A stretch of DNA of 32,585 nt from Octopus bimaculoides (GCF_001194135.2 NC_068981.1:177752172-177784756), one strand, 5' to 3'. Counted from the stretch's first letter, positions 11,494-22,919 are shown. Numbers and translations: made by a program. Notes: generated by a model from the letters alone, not told the origin.

Positions 11494-11579
<86 letters not shown>

Positions 11580-11616
11580 ATACACACACATGCTCATACA
11601 CAGACACATAAATAAA

Positions 11617-11659
<43 letters not shown>

Positions 11660-11840
11660 GCATATATTTGTATAAATGCATATATGTGTGTATATGAGCA
11701 TGTGCATGTGATGTGTGTGTCTGTGAATGTGTGTATGTCTACATGCACACATTCATGTTTATATGCCCATGCATAAATATGTAACATACACTATTTACAT
11801 AAGTATGTGGAGTACACTACATACATGTTTACACACTCTA

Positions 11841-11892
<52 letters not shown>

Positions 11893-12261
11893 CATTTCAT
11901 GTCTACACTTACGTCTCTCTCTACCAATCAATCAGAGAGAGAAATACAGATTCTTGAATGCATACATATATCCGCATAGATCTTTATATGCATGCATACA
12001 TCCATATATGTTTCTGTATATGTACATGTGTTTATATATATATGTATGTATGACTATACATATGTGTGTGTGTGTGCATGTGTGCACACATACACACACA
12101 CACACACACACACATATACATAGGCATACACATACACACATATGCATACATATACATGCACACATACTATGTATCTCATAAATCTGTCAGATTTTCCAAC
12201 ATAAAACATCTTTAAATGGGGTCTTGCAAAAGTGTGTAGGCATGTGTGAGTATATATATAT
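11420..12261. repeat. Microsatellite-rich block: (TA)~36 at ~11498-11569, plus (CA)n, (TG)n, (TA)n and degenerate derivatives
   Basis: Directly visible. It explains the ORFs at 11412-12181. Confidence 0.95.
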
Positions 12262-13167
12262 NNNNNNNNNNNNNNNNNNNNNNNNNNNNNNNNNNNNNNN
12301 NNNNNNNNNNNNNNNNNNNNNNNNNNNNNNNNNNNNNNNNNNNNNNNNNNNNNNNNNNNNNNNNNNNNNNNNNNNNNNNNNNNNNNNNNNNNNNNNNNNN
12401 NNNNNNNNNNNNNNNNNNNNNNNNNNNNNNNNNNNNNNNNNNNNNNNNNNNNNNNNNNNNNNNNNNNNNNNNNNNNNNNNNNNNNNNNNNNNNNNNNNNN
12501 NNNNNNNNNNNNNNNNNNNNNNNNNNNNNNNNNNNNNNNNNNNNNNNNNNNNNNNNNNNNNNNNNNNNNNNNNNNNNNNNNNNNNNNNNNNNNNNNNNNN
12601 NNNNNNNNNNNNNNNNNNNNNNNNNNNNNNNNNNNNNNNNNNNNNNNNNNNNNNNNNNNNNNNNNNNNNNNNNNNNNNNNNNNNNNNNNNNNNNNNNNNN
12701 NNNNNNNNNNNNNNNNNNNNNNNNNNNNNNNNNNNNNNNNNNNNNNNNNNNNNNNNNNNNNNNNNNNNNNNNNNNNNNNNNNNNNNNNNNNNNNNNNNNN
12801 NNNNNNNNNNNNNNNNNNNNNNNNNNNNNNNNNNNNNNNNNNNNNNNNNNNNNNNNNNNNNNNNNNNNNNNNNNNNNNNNNNNNNNNNNNNNNNNNNNNN
12901 NNNNNNNNNNNNNNNNNNNNNNNNNNNNNNNNNNNNNNNNNNNNNNNNNNNNNNNNNNNNNNNNNNNNNNNNNNNNNNNNNNNNNNNNNNNNNNNNNNNN
13001 NNNNNNNNNNNNNNNNNNNNNNNNNNNNNNNNNNNNNNNNNNNNNNNNNNNNNNNNNNNNNNNNNNNNNNNNNNNNNNNNNNNNNNNNNNNNNNNNNNNN
13101 NNNNNNNNNNNNNNNNNNNNNNNNNNNNNNNNNNNNNNNNNNNNNNNNNNNNNNNNNNNNNNNNNNN
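12262..13167. other. Assembly gap (906 N), flanked on both sides by (TA)n
   Basis: Run of N with TATATA on both flanks, suggesting collapse at a long TA repeat. Confidence 0.98.
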
Positions 13168-13271
13168 TATATATATATATATATGCATATATCTCAGCAT
13201 GTATTTAAAATTAAAGACATCTAGCCTAAAATTGAAGAAATAATTCGTGGATGTACATGCACACACATACA

Positions 13272-13311
<40 letters not shown>

Positions 13312-13979
13312 TGCGTATATACGCTTAAACAATCTCATATGCACACAAAATACAAAGATATTTAAATGCAGTAACAAATATATATATACATATATAAATA
13401 AATAATATGAAAAAGCAAATTTCAACTGATATACACCAATAAATTATATGTGTGCATGTGTGTAATGTGGATCTATGTGTGTTGTGAATGTGTGTGTGTG
13501 TGTGTCTGTGTGTGTCTGTGTCTGTGTGTGTCTGTGACTGTGTGTGTTCATGTGAATGTTACACAGCCCCAAAGTAACATGTATTACTTTTATTTCCATG
13601 TACGCAAATCAATATAGAATATAAGATATTTTGCTTAAAAGTTAAAAATAGTAAAACGTACGTTAAAAATAACCAGTTTTAATAATCTATCTAGATAAGT
13701 ACCGATGACATCAACATATTTCTGATGACAAGATATAAACTTACTTTTACTGCTTTAAAAGAATTCTGAGCTTATGCATTAGCCAAACTCTTCTGAGAGT
13801 ATTTGTAACTGATTTTTGATCAATCAAATATTTCTATTTTCTTTAAAAGATTCTTTGCACTTAAAAAGCAAAGACAAAACACAGAAACTCAAAAAAAAAA
13901 AAAAAGAAGTTTATAAGTTGATAAATAAATGGTAGGTAAGATGAATAAAATGGATGCAAACATAATTGTGTACTCTTAC

Positions 13980-14027
13980 CGGTTCTGTTTTCAGAATCTA
14001 ATGTGTATGAAGTGTAATTGAGAGATG
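13980..14027 (-). CDS. Putative internal 48-nt coding micro-exon (phase 1-1) of an unidentified host gene; peptide xSLNYTSYTLDSENRT
   Basis: Minus-strand acceptor ATTTTTTTTCACAG and donor G|GTAAGA. The length is divisible by 3 and only one of three frames is open (the others contain TAG or TGA). The peptide has two N-X-T sequons (NYT, NRT), as in extracellular stalks. Confidence 0.5.
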
Positions 14028-15879
14028 CTGTGAAAAAAAATCTGGGTTTTCTTTGATTGACTAATGACAGATGTTTCAAGGGAATATATTTTTGATGTGT
14101 TCAATATGACATGTTGTTACTTTGATAATTTTTAACTGCTTTAGTTTTTATTTTAAAAAAACTACAGTACTATATAGCTGTACAGGATTTCATGCAAAAA
14201 GACTGTTCATTCTTATTTTTTCATATTCTTCCAAAAACTATAATATATATATGTATATATATATATATATATACATACATGTACATATACATACCCTTAC
14301 ATAAATAAATACATACATGCACACCATTTTCAAGGATTCATATTTATGTAGCTTTCTTATCTTGTTTTTTTTAACCACCTTTGTAAATGATGTAAAAGTA
14401 TCTAATAGATTACCATTTTCCTTTAGGAAAACACCTGAATAACTCAATGTAAATTGGATTCAATAAAGGATTGCACAACTCATAATCAGTGGCTGTTTAT
14501 GAGAGTCTATTTTACTGATCCAATGTTCTAAGTTTGAATTCTATTCTTTATATCATTTTTCTTGGATTTAAAGAGTTGTTACTACTTTATTTTGATAACA
14601 TTCTACAAAGTAAGAAGAAGGTTTTTTTTTTCTTTATGAGCCAAGCTTGTAAGCTAGTTGTGATTTGAAATCAAAACTACTTCACTTTCCCTACACCGTT
14701 AATACTTTTGGGAAATGTATAAAAGTCACAGCATTCTATTTCCTCTTTATTCTGATTCTGTGGTCTTGTGCCTAAGTTAGAAATCAATATTGTGTCTCAG
14801 AATCTGTCAAGTATTTTTGCTGCAATGATGATGCAACAAAATCACAAAGCTGCTAGTCTTTATAAACATAATACATATTGAATGAATTCAGTTACTAAGC
14901 CAGACAGTTGAATAAAGGACGACCTCACAATTCAAGAAGAACAGTGATAAATGTAAGAGAAGAATAAATTTGAAATTTCATTATTATTAGCTGTAAAATT
15001 TCATTATAAATAAACCAATCCCTACAGGTTACATCTCTCAGCAATAAAAATATGTAAATAGTAAACTTGTTCATTATTTCATGACTTAGTCTTACTAAAG
15101 TTTGCAAAACCAACTTTAAAATTAACACTAAATATTTCATAGCATATTCAACTGATAATCATTTATTTTTAAAGAAGTTAAGATTTGCCTTTATTTTATG
15201 AGGTATGGACATAATAAATTCATCTTTATCTGAAGATAGCTGTTCTTTATACTTCTTAAAATCCAAGATCTTAAAATGATGAGTATATTCTTTGACTCAA
15301 TATTAAATCTAATGTTTTGGCTTTTAAAATTTTCAGTCAATGTCAAATTTTTCAATAAATTTTTATCCATTTAATGGCCTTTTGGTTCCATAACAGTCCA
15401 ATAACACTAAAAAACATTGGTGTCACTATGAACATTATCGTCATTTCAAATTACATGCTGCTGAATTGATGATTGTTGAAACATTTGTCAGTTTCCATAA
15501 TAAATCAATATTCTAATCTTTTGAAAAAACAAAACAATTCTCCTTACTACAAATATTTAATATTTCACTCTTATCAATAATAGTGAAGCAGGTGATGGTA
15601 TTTAGCATCAATAATGGAGCTATTGCTGACTATATTTGATAAGGTAGGTGATAGTGACGATAATAACATCGCATTGATATTGTTATAATAGTAATATATT
15701 TGTTATTGATGACATTTTATATCATGTTATGATAAGTATTAAGAATGTATTTGCATTTCTTGAGTCATGTAACTTTAACTTTTCATGGCTTGAAACATGA
15801 ATATTTTGTATTTGTTTTACTCATGGTCAAAATGTTTCAGACAACAACTTACAACCTCATTATCATTGTAGTTGTCGCT

Positions 15880-15939
15880 GCCACTGTTACCACTGCCACT
15901 GTTACCACTGCCACTGTTACCACTGCCACTGCTGTCACC
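15880..15939. repeat. 15-bp minisatellite (GCCACTGTTACCACT)x3 plus one degenerate unit
   Basis: Units at 15880, 15895, 15910 and 15925, embedded in a degenerate triplet region. Confidence 0.9.
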
Positions 15940-16454
15940 ATTATTGAAGTTGTCATTAACATCATCATCATCAAGATCATATTTTGATGTTTAAAGCATT
16001 TGACTTTTGACCCCAAAGTTCTCAGTGAAAGTCTAGATGCTACAAATGTCATCTTTGATATCTTTTTTCCTCTGCTTGATAAACCAAATGCTAGTTATAT
16101 AACTGCCTTACTTCTAAAACAAGGGGCAAAAGTGGCCAGGATTAGGAGCAAAAATCATATTGATATCCAGATAGAAGTGACCAAAATGATTTTATAGCTA
16201 GAGACAGCAAATATTAGTTTTAACGGTGTTTATTTATTTGCTTGTTAATACCATTCTACAGCAATGGAAAAGGAATCATAGATGTAATGTAAAAAAATTC
16301 AAGCATTCTTGATTCTCATCAATAAAAACAGATTGTTCTATTTATTCTATAGACACAGATAGTATTTTTCATCCAAACATAGTGCTGTGTTTGTTATTTG
16401 AGTGCTTTACACATTAGAAAATTTATAAATGTTTACCTTTATGACTCCCAGCAA

Positions 16455-16790
16455 CATTTAGACTTAAAAGGTTTTTAGATATTTTGGTTAGAAGCTTCTA
16501 AATATACCAAATAGATGATTCTTGACTAGTTGGATGTAAGGTACTAGATATGATAAATGGAGTATCAGGTTGACTTAGATGGAAAAGTCTAGACAGTTTT
16601 AATTGGAGATTCCAGACGTCATATGAAAGTCTCTAAAAATATAGAATGGAAGGTTTTTAGATATGCTAGAATAGAAGCTTCTAGAAACATTGAATGGAAG
16701 ATTTCAAATTGAACAGAAAATTCTAGACATATTGAATGAATGATTCTAAACATGTTGATCAGAAGTTTAGAAACATAATATGCGGGAAGA
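16455..16790. repeat. Highly degenerate ~23-bp minisatellite, about 14 units (consensus near GATTCTAGACATATTGAATGGAA)
   Basis: Recurrent TTCTAGA/TTTTAGA/TTCTAAA cores every ~19-25 nt, with units ending GGAA or AGAA, e.g. GCTTCTAGAAACATTGAATGGAA and AATTCTAGACATATTGAATGAAT. Confidence 0.7.
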
Positions 16791-17940
16791 AGATAAATTT
16801 TAGATTTTAGTGGAAGTAAGTGAAAAGCCTATAATAGGTAATTTAGCTGCTAGACAAACAACATATTTCATTGAAAATATATCAGATAAAAAGGGGGGAA
16901 AAAAACTTTAGATTTTTCAGTAAAATATTGACAACTTCTTTGAGTATTATCAATCTAAAAATAAAAATAAAAGAAAACTTAGACAAGACTTAACCCATCA
17001 TTAGCTTTCTTTAAAACACACAAAATTATTCCATTTGCTGTATCTTTTAGCTAAAGTAAATAATTTTAGTCCTCTCTCTATCACATCCTATTGTCCTGCT
17101 CATCTTACAGTGCCAATCTAGCATATTCCTTCAGTAAATGGCATGGAAGATCTCTATTGATTTTTCTGTCCTATCCTTGGCAGGCATCCGACAAGAGGTG
17201 TCAGCTTAATCAACAACTGATTTCATGGCTATATGCTGTTTCTACCAGAGGGCAATATAATCACATGTTTTATTTATTCTGAAGCCTATGCAACTCATGG
17301 AAAGGGCCATAGGTAATGTAATTGAAGGAAAAGAGAGGGCTAAGAAAAGAATTAGAAACCTAATATAGTTTATTCTGGACATAAAAATCTGATCTTCCTA
17401 TATGAAATTAATAATTATTGAAAAAGAAGGAGAAAAAGAGAGAATGGATAGATTCAGATATACATACAGAGATATATAGATAGAGAGAGAGAGATAGAGA
17501 GAGAGAGAAAGAGAGAGAGAGAAAGCCAACAGAGGAGTAAATGACAGAGTGAGAAAAAAAGAAATAGAAAAAGAGACCAAGAGAGTGTATTTTTTCCCAG
17601 GCAAACTAATTGAAAGCAATTATTAATATCCAAGAAATATTGTGCTTCCTCATATCAAGTGAAAGAAACATATTTTAACCAGATTATGAAAAATTCAAAA
17701 TCTTCTCAAATATTTCTAGGAAACACATTGTTGCAATATTACAATTTGAAGATATTTTAATATTGCAGTTTTGAAGCAATGTCAAAATATAAATGACTTG
17801 GAAGATTAAACATATTATAAATTCATGAAAATAAAAATATAAAAACATAAAATGGATGTCTATTTTGGAAATGCAGAAGTAAATTAGACATACATTACTT
17901 TATGTGAACGAGCATATCCTTCTTTCTATCTCTTTACCCA

Positions 17941-18378
17941 TATTCTTTCTTTTATTCTTTTATTTGTTTCGGTCATTTGACTGCAGCCATGCTGGAGCAC
18001 CGCCTTTTAGTCGAGCAAAATTATTAAAAGAATTATTCTTTGTAAGCCTAGTACTTATTCTATCGGTCTCTTTTACTGAACCACTACATTATGGGGACGT
18101 AAACACACCAGCATCAGTTGTCAAGTGATGTTGGAGGGACAAACACAGACACACAAACATATATACACACATACATATATATGTATATATACATATATAC
18201 GACACAGACACACAAACACACACACACACATATATACGACGGGCTTCTTTCAATTTCCATCTACTAAATCCACTCACAAGGCTTTGGTCGGCCTGAGACT
18301 ATAGTAGAAGACACTTGCCCAAGGTGCCACACAGTGAGACAGAACCCGGAACCATGTGGTTGGTAAGCAAGCTGCTCA
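17941..18378 (-). mobile_element. tRNA/CORE-type SINE with internal (CA/TA)n, 5' end truncated
   Basis: Matches 26027-26436 and 30800-31218, including CACCTTGGGCAAGTGTCTT (CORE-like) and the 3' end ending in a (AAAGAAT)n-like tail. Confidence 0.9.
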
Positions 18379-18453
18379 TGCGCACACACACACATACACA
18401 TATATATACATATAAATACATACCTATACACAGGAGCAAAAAACACTGAAAAT

Positions 18454-19964
18454 GTGCAGAAAACAACTTCTGCCACATTCCAGGGAGAAAAACTTGATGT
18501 AGTTGATAGCTTCCGCTATCTAGGTGACCAAGTTAGTAGTGGGGGAGGGTGCAGTGAAAGTGTAGCTGCTAGAATAAGAATAGCCTGGGCAAAGTTTAGA
18601 GAGCTCTTACCTCTGCTGGTGACAAAGGGCCTCTCACTCAGAGTAAAAGGCAGACTGTATGACGCATGTGTACAAACAGCCATGCTACATGGTAGTGAAA
18701 TATGGGCTGTGAGGACATGCATAAGCTCGCAAGGAATGAAGCCAGTATGCTCCGATGGATGTGTAATGTCAGTGTGCATACTCAACAGAGTGTAAGTATC
18801 TTGAGAGAAAAGTTGAACCTAAGAAGCATCAGTTGTGGTGTGCAAGAGAGACGATTGCGTTGGCATGGTCCTGTGGCGAGAATGGATGAGGATAGCTGTG
18901 TGAAAAAGTGCCACACCCTAGCGGTTGAGGGAACCTGTGGAAGAGGTAGACCCNNNNNNNNNNNNNNNNNNNNNNNNNNNNNNNNNNNNNNNNNNNNNNN
19001 NNNNNNNNNNNNNNNNNNNNNNNNNNNNNNNNNNNNNNNNNNNNNNNNNNNNNNNNNNNNNNNNNNNNNNNNNNNNNNNNNNNNNNNNNNNNNNNNNNNN
19101 NNNNNNNNNNNNNNNNNNNNNNNNNNNNNNNNNNNNNNNNNNNNNNNNNNNNNNNNNNNNNNNNNNNNNNNNNNNNNNNNNNNNNNNNNNNNNNNNNNNN
19201 NNNNNNNNNNNNNNNNNNNNNNNNNNNNNNNNNNNNNNNNNNNNNNNNNNNNNNNNNNNNNNNNNNNNNNNNNNNNNNNNNNNNNNNNNNNNNNNNNNNN
19301 NNNNNNNNNNNNNNNNNNNNNNNNNNNNNNNNNNNNNNNNNNNNNNNNNNNNNNNNNNNNNNNNNNNNNNNNNNNNNNNNNNNNNNNNNNNNNNNNNNNN
19401 NNNNNNNNNNNNNNNNNNNNNNNNNNNNNNNNNNNNNNNNNNNNNNNNNNNNNNNNNNNNNNNNNNNNNNNNNNNNNNNNNNNNNNNNNNNNNNNNNNNN
19501 NNNNNNNNNNNNNNNNNNNNNNNNNNNNNNNNNNNNNNNNNNNNNNNNNNNNNNNNNNNNNNNNNNNNNNNNNNNNNNNNNNNNNNNNNNNNNNNNNNNN
19601 NNNNNNNNNNNNNNNNNNNNNNNNNNNNNNNNNNNNNNNNNNNNNNNNNNNNNNNNNNNNNNNNNNNNNNNNNNNNNNNNNNNNNNNNNNNNNNNNNNNN
19701 NNNNNNNNNNNNNNNNNNNNNNNNNNNNNNNNNNNNNNNNNNNNNNNNNNNNNNNNNNNNNNNNNNNNNNNNNNNNNNNNNNNNNNNNNNNNNNNNNNNN
19801 NNNNNNNNNNNNNNNNNNNNNNNNNNNNNNNNNNNNNNNNNNNNNNNNNNNNNNNNNNNNNNNNNNNNNNNNNNNNNNNNNNNNNNNNNNNNNNNNNNNN
19901 NNNNNNNNNNNNNNNNNNNNNNNNNNNATGGAAAGCGGACGTTAAACGATGACGATGATGATGA
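18454..19964 (+). mobile_element. Young 5'-truncated RTE LINE (RT C-terminus plus 3' tail) spanning an N gap; one frameshift near 18712
   Basis: Translation GEKLDVVDSFRYLGD...RIRIAWAKFRELLPLL...GRLYDACVQTAMLHGSEIWAV shifts frame to EDMHKLARNEASMLRWMC...ERRLRWHGPVARM...GRGRP. The sequence after the gap ends TGGAAAGCGGACGTTAAACGATGACGATGATGATGA followed by (TA)n. That both sides of the gap belong to one element is an inference. Confidence 0.88.
18954..19927. other. Assembly gap (974 N) inside the LINE
   Basis: Run of N. Confidence 0.98.
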
Positions 19965-20165
19965 TATATATATATATATATATATAAACACACATACATA
20001 CACCCATAACCATGCTTAGGAGTGAAATTTAGGATTTCTCAGTTTTCTGTGAATTGATTTTGATAAAACTTTTCCCACCTGGTTTGCACAATATGGCAAC
20101 ACCATTGTTATGTTTTCATTATTCTGTGTAGAGTCCTTTCTTTTTTATCTCAGATTCTTCTGTTT

Positions 20166-20845
20166 TGGGGTTGTGGAAAAGGCCTTAACAATGAAGGAAA
20201 GTCTGTCCTCATCAGGGAAAGTGCTAAAGACACCTCTTTTTATGTCATTGCAGAGAAGTTAGGCCATCATGTGGACACAGTTAGATGATTCCTGAAGGAC
20301 TCTTCGCCAAAGAAGAAACTATCTGATTGTGGGACCTCCAAGACTGTGACAGCTAGGGGTTCAGGGAATATTGGATGCAAGTTATGTGGGAAACCTGGAC
20401 AAACAAGCAAAGTCATTTTCATCTGCCAGAACCATGGCTTTCGTGTGAGAACCACTGAAACTGTCTCCTTTAATTCCCCGTCACATGAGTTGTGTTCTGT
20501 TCACTGACAAAACCAGGGCGACCCTTGACGGACCAGACAGTTGGGCAAATTTTGGATATAAGTGTCACCAGCATTTACGACATCAACAACAGGGTAAAGG
20601 AGTCATGTTGTGGCTTGGTATCATTGGGGACAGACTTGTTGGCCCAGTCAGGGTGCCTGAAGGGGTTAAAGTGAATGAAGCCGCCTACTACAATCTCCTG
20701 AAGGAGGTCTTGGATCCCTGGCTAGATGACATACTGCTGTCACTTCTGAGGAATCTCATATTTATGCATGACAACACTCTCTCCCACTCTGCTAGGACCA
20801 CCCAAACATTATTGGGGTCTTATGGCATATAAGGTGAAAGAAGTT
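20166..20845 (+). mobile_element. Tc1-family transposase remnant (HTH plus first two catalytic D residues), 3'-truncated
   Basis: N-terminus GCGKGL...IAEKLGHHVDTVR*FLKD...TSKVIF, then VLFTDKTRATLDGPD...QQGKGVMLW...GPVRVPEGVK...LIFMHDN. This is the FTDE, GVM-W and (Q/H)DN layout of DDE_3 transposases. The WPP-SPDLNPIE block is missing and no TIRs were found. Confidence 0.88.
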
Positions 20846-21856
20846 TTAATGATATACTTGGTCAATCATAGAGATATGCTTTTAAATAGAAAAGAGATTT
20901 AATGGTAATGTTGGGTAAAGTCAGCATGATACCCTTGCATTAATGGAGATCTGGGTATAGAAACTACATGAAGAGGTAACAAAGTTTTTGGCAGTCTACA
21001 ATGTAATTGATGTAATATATATTGCCCTGCTCCTATACAATCATATGACCTACTAGGAATAGCAACCAAATATCCCCACTGTCTTAAAAATGGAATAGTG
21101 TAGTGTATCCAGAATAGTGTAGTCCTGATTTTCATGACTTCAATGCTTTTGACTCTAGAGCTACTGAATCAAGGCTGATCTTGAACTAAATATCAACAAT
21201 TTACTTCGCGATCTGGCTGGACTTTCCACCCGAGAAACAGACAGCTAATCTGTTATGAATACAAAATCCATGGAGGAGGAATGTTCTTCCTAATATAGAG
21301 TGAAATCAGTTTAGGCTGAAATCAGATGATGAAAAGAAGATTAATTCATTCTTCGCTGATCTCAATTCTAGGTGTGACAATAAAATTTATTTGAATCCCA
21401 AACGTAGCCATTGTGAACAACTTTCATCCATAGTTAGATCATACCTGCAATAATGCTTGTTGCCAGTGTGTTATATAGCTATCAGTTTTCATAATTGGGC
21501 TGAGGGAATCAGTGTTATAATGGTGCTTATGGAGGTAATCCAATATGATTACCAAAGAGGAAAGAGTTGATAAAGTGGTTACTGAAGTTGAAATATTCTT
21601 ATATGTCTGTTACAGAAGATCCTTTCCACACTCACTACACTGCTGTTGTTTTGTCTCTTATAGTACATGACTATGTCTATTTGCTGGCTTGTGGTTAATC
21701 TTGCTTTATATTTCATAATTTTTTGTAAAGAAATGTAGTTTAATGTTATTTGCATTTAATATTTATAACAACGCATTATAAAACAGGTTGTCGTACACTT
21801 TCACACATTTCATAACCAATCTACAGGTTATAAAGTGTATGACTATAAAGACTATA

Positions 21857-22362
21857 CAGAGTGGTGCAAACGTAGGCTTACAGTTGTATAGTTGTATATT
21901 TTATTTAAAAAACACTGTACAATGTTAGTCCTGTAAATACTCAAAATATCTGCCATGAACATTGACACATTCTTGGAGTCTATCAGCCACACTGCAACGC
22001 AAACGACAAAACAGGTCGAGGTCAGTGTTAATTTCCAGGCTATTCACAAAAGTCAATGCTATCTGCATTGAGTTTTCCTTAGTGGTAACAGTTTGAGAAC
22101 GACTGGATTTCGTGGCATTCTTTATTGAACCTATCTCTTTGAATTTGTCTCTTATTTTGTAAATTGCCTGTTGTGAAGGCAACAAAGTTTGAAAGGTTTC
22201 TGTTCACTTCTGGCACACTGTTTCTGCATTTTTGAATTTCCAGTAATTCTTTAGGATTAGGATCTACTTTCTTTCCTTGTCTGTCAGCTTACCCACCATT
22301 ATGCTTCACTGTCCTGTAAAAATAAAAATATACAACTGTTAGCCTACATTTGCACCACCCTG
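21857..22362 (-). mobile_element. 506-bp internally deleted Tc1/mariner-superfamily element with 33-bp TIRs and TA TSD
   Basis: Left end TA|CAGAGTGGTGCAAACGTAGGCTTACAGTTGTAT; reverse complement of right end CAGGGTGGTGCAAATGTAGGCTAACAGTTGTAT|TA (30/33 identical). The minus strand encodes MVGKLTDKERK*...AIYKIRDKFKEIGSI...TTKEN joined to C-terminal RLQECVNVHGRYFEYL; the DDE/D core is deleted. Confidence 0.92.
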
Positions 22363-22919
22363 TATAGTTTCGTTAAGTGGTTTTACATTTTCCAAGTGAT
22401 TATGGGGACAATTCATAAATTTAACATTATCCTTATTACTATTAAATGAATTAGTAAAATCAACAGCAAAACAACATTCAGTCACATTCTTTTATGTTTT
22501 AAGTTCAAATCTTACCAAGGTTGACTTTTCCTGTCATCTAACTGTACCTGTTATATTCTAAGGACTAACACAATGTTTTGGTCATTTCTTGTCTTTTCTG
22601 AGAGTTCTAATACTTAACAGCATCTTTCTCTTCCATGGAAACATTCTATCAATAGCACAGTGACATTCTTCATCTATCTATTCACATCACATACATATTA
22701 ATGCAGTTCTTTCTGTTGTACAATAGTACAACATTATACAACTTTATCATTATACAACTTTTAACATATTACAACTTTATCTATTGAGTTGGAACATTAG
22801 GCCTTTAGATGCTAAGCTTTCTTCCAGTTTTAGAATTTTTCTACAATTTTTCAACATATTCTATAGTAAAAATATGTTGACAGCCAGTTTCATGTTATTG
22901 TTCAAGAATAAATTAATTA

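Noticed and set aside
12187-13425. Long ORFs of 320-412 aa across the first gap
   Set aside because: They consist of X residues from the N run and microsatellite translation.
14929-14990. Minus-strand hydrophobic stretch MKFQIYSSLTFITVLLEL resembling a signal-peptide exon
   Set aside because: The donor context is weak and its phase is incompatible with the phase-1 micro-exon; AT-rich DNA readily yields hydrophobic peptides.
16000-16197. 65-aa plus-strand ORF (FDPKVLSESLDATNVIFDIFFPLLDK...) that looks protein-like
   Set aside because: It has no true ATG start, no convincing splice sites and no motif I recognise.
16455-16790. Possible CRISPR-like repeat-spacer array
   Set aside because: The units are contiguous and degenerate with no invariant repeat or unique spacers, the context is eukaryotic, and there are no cas genes.
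18782-20019. Long ORFs of 361-416 aa across the second gap
   Set aside because: These are N-run artefacts; only the LINE-derived part before 18954 is real coding-derived sequence.
22732-22782. Three ~17-bp tandem units (CATTATACAACTTTA-like)
   Set aside because: This is an ordinary short slippage duplication in AT-rich DNA with no further structure.
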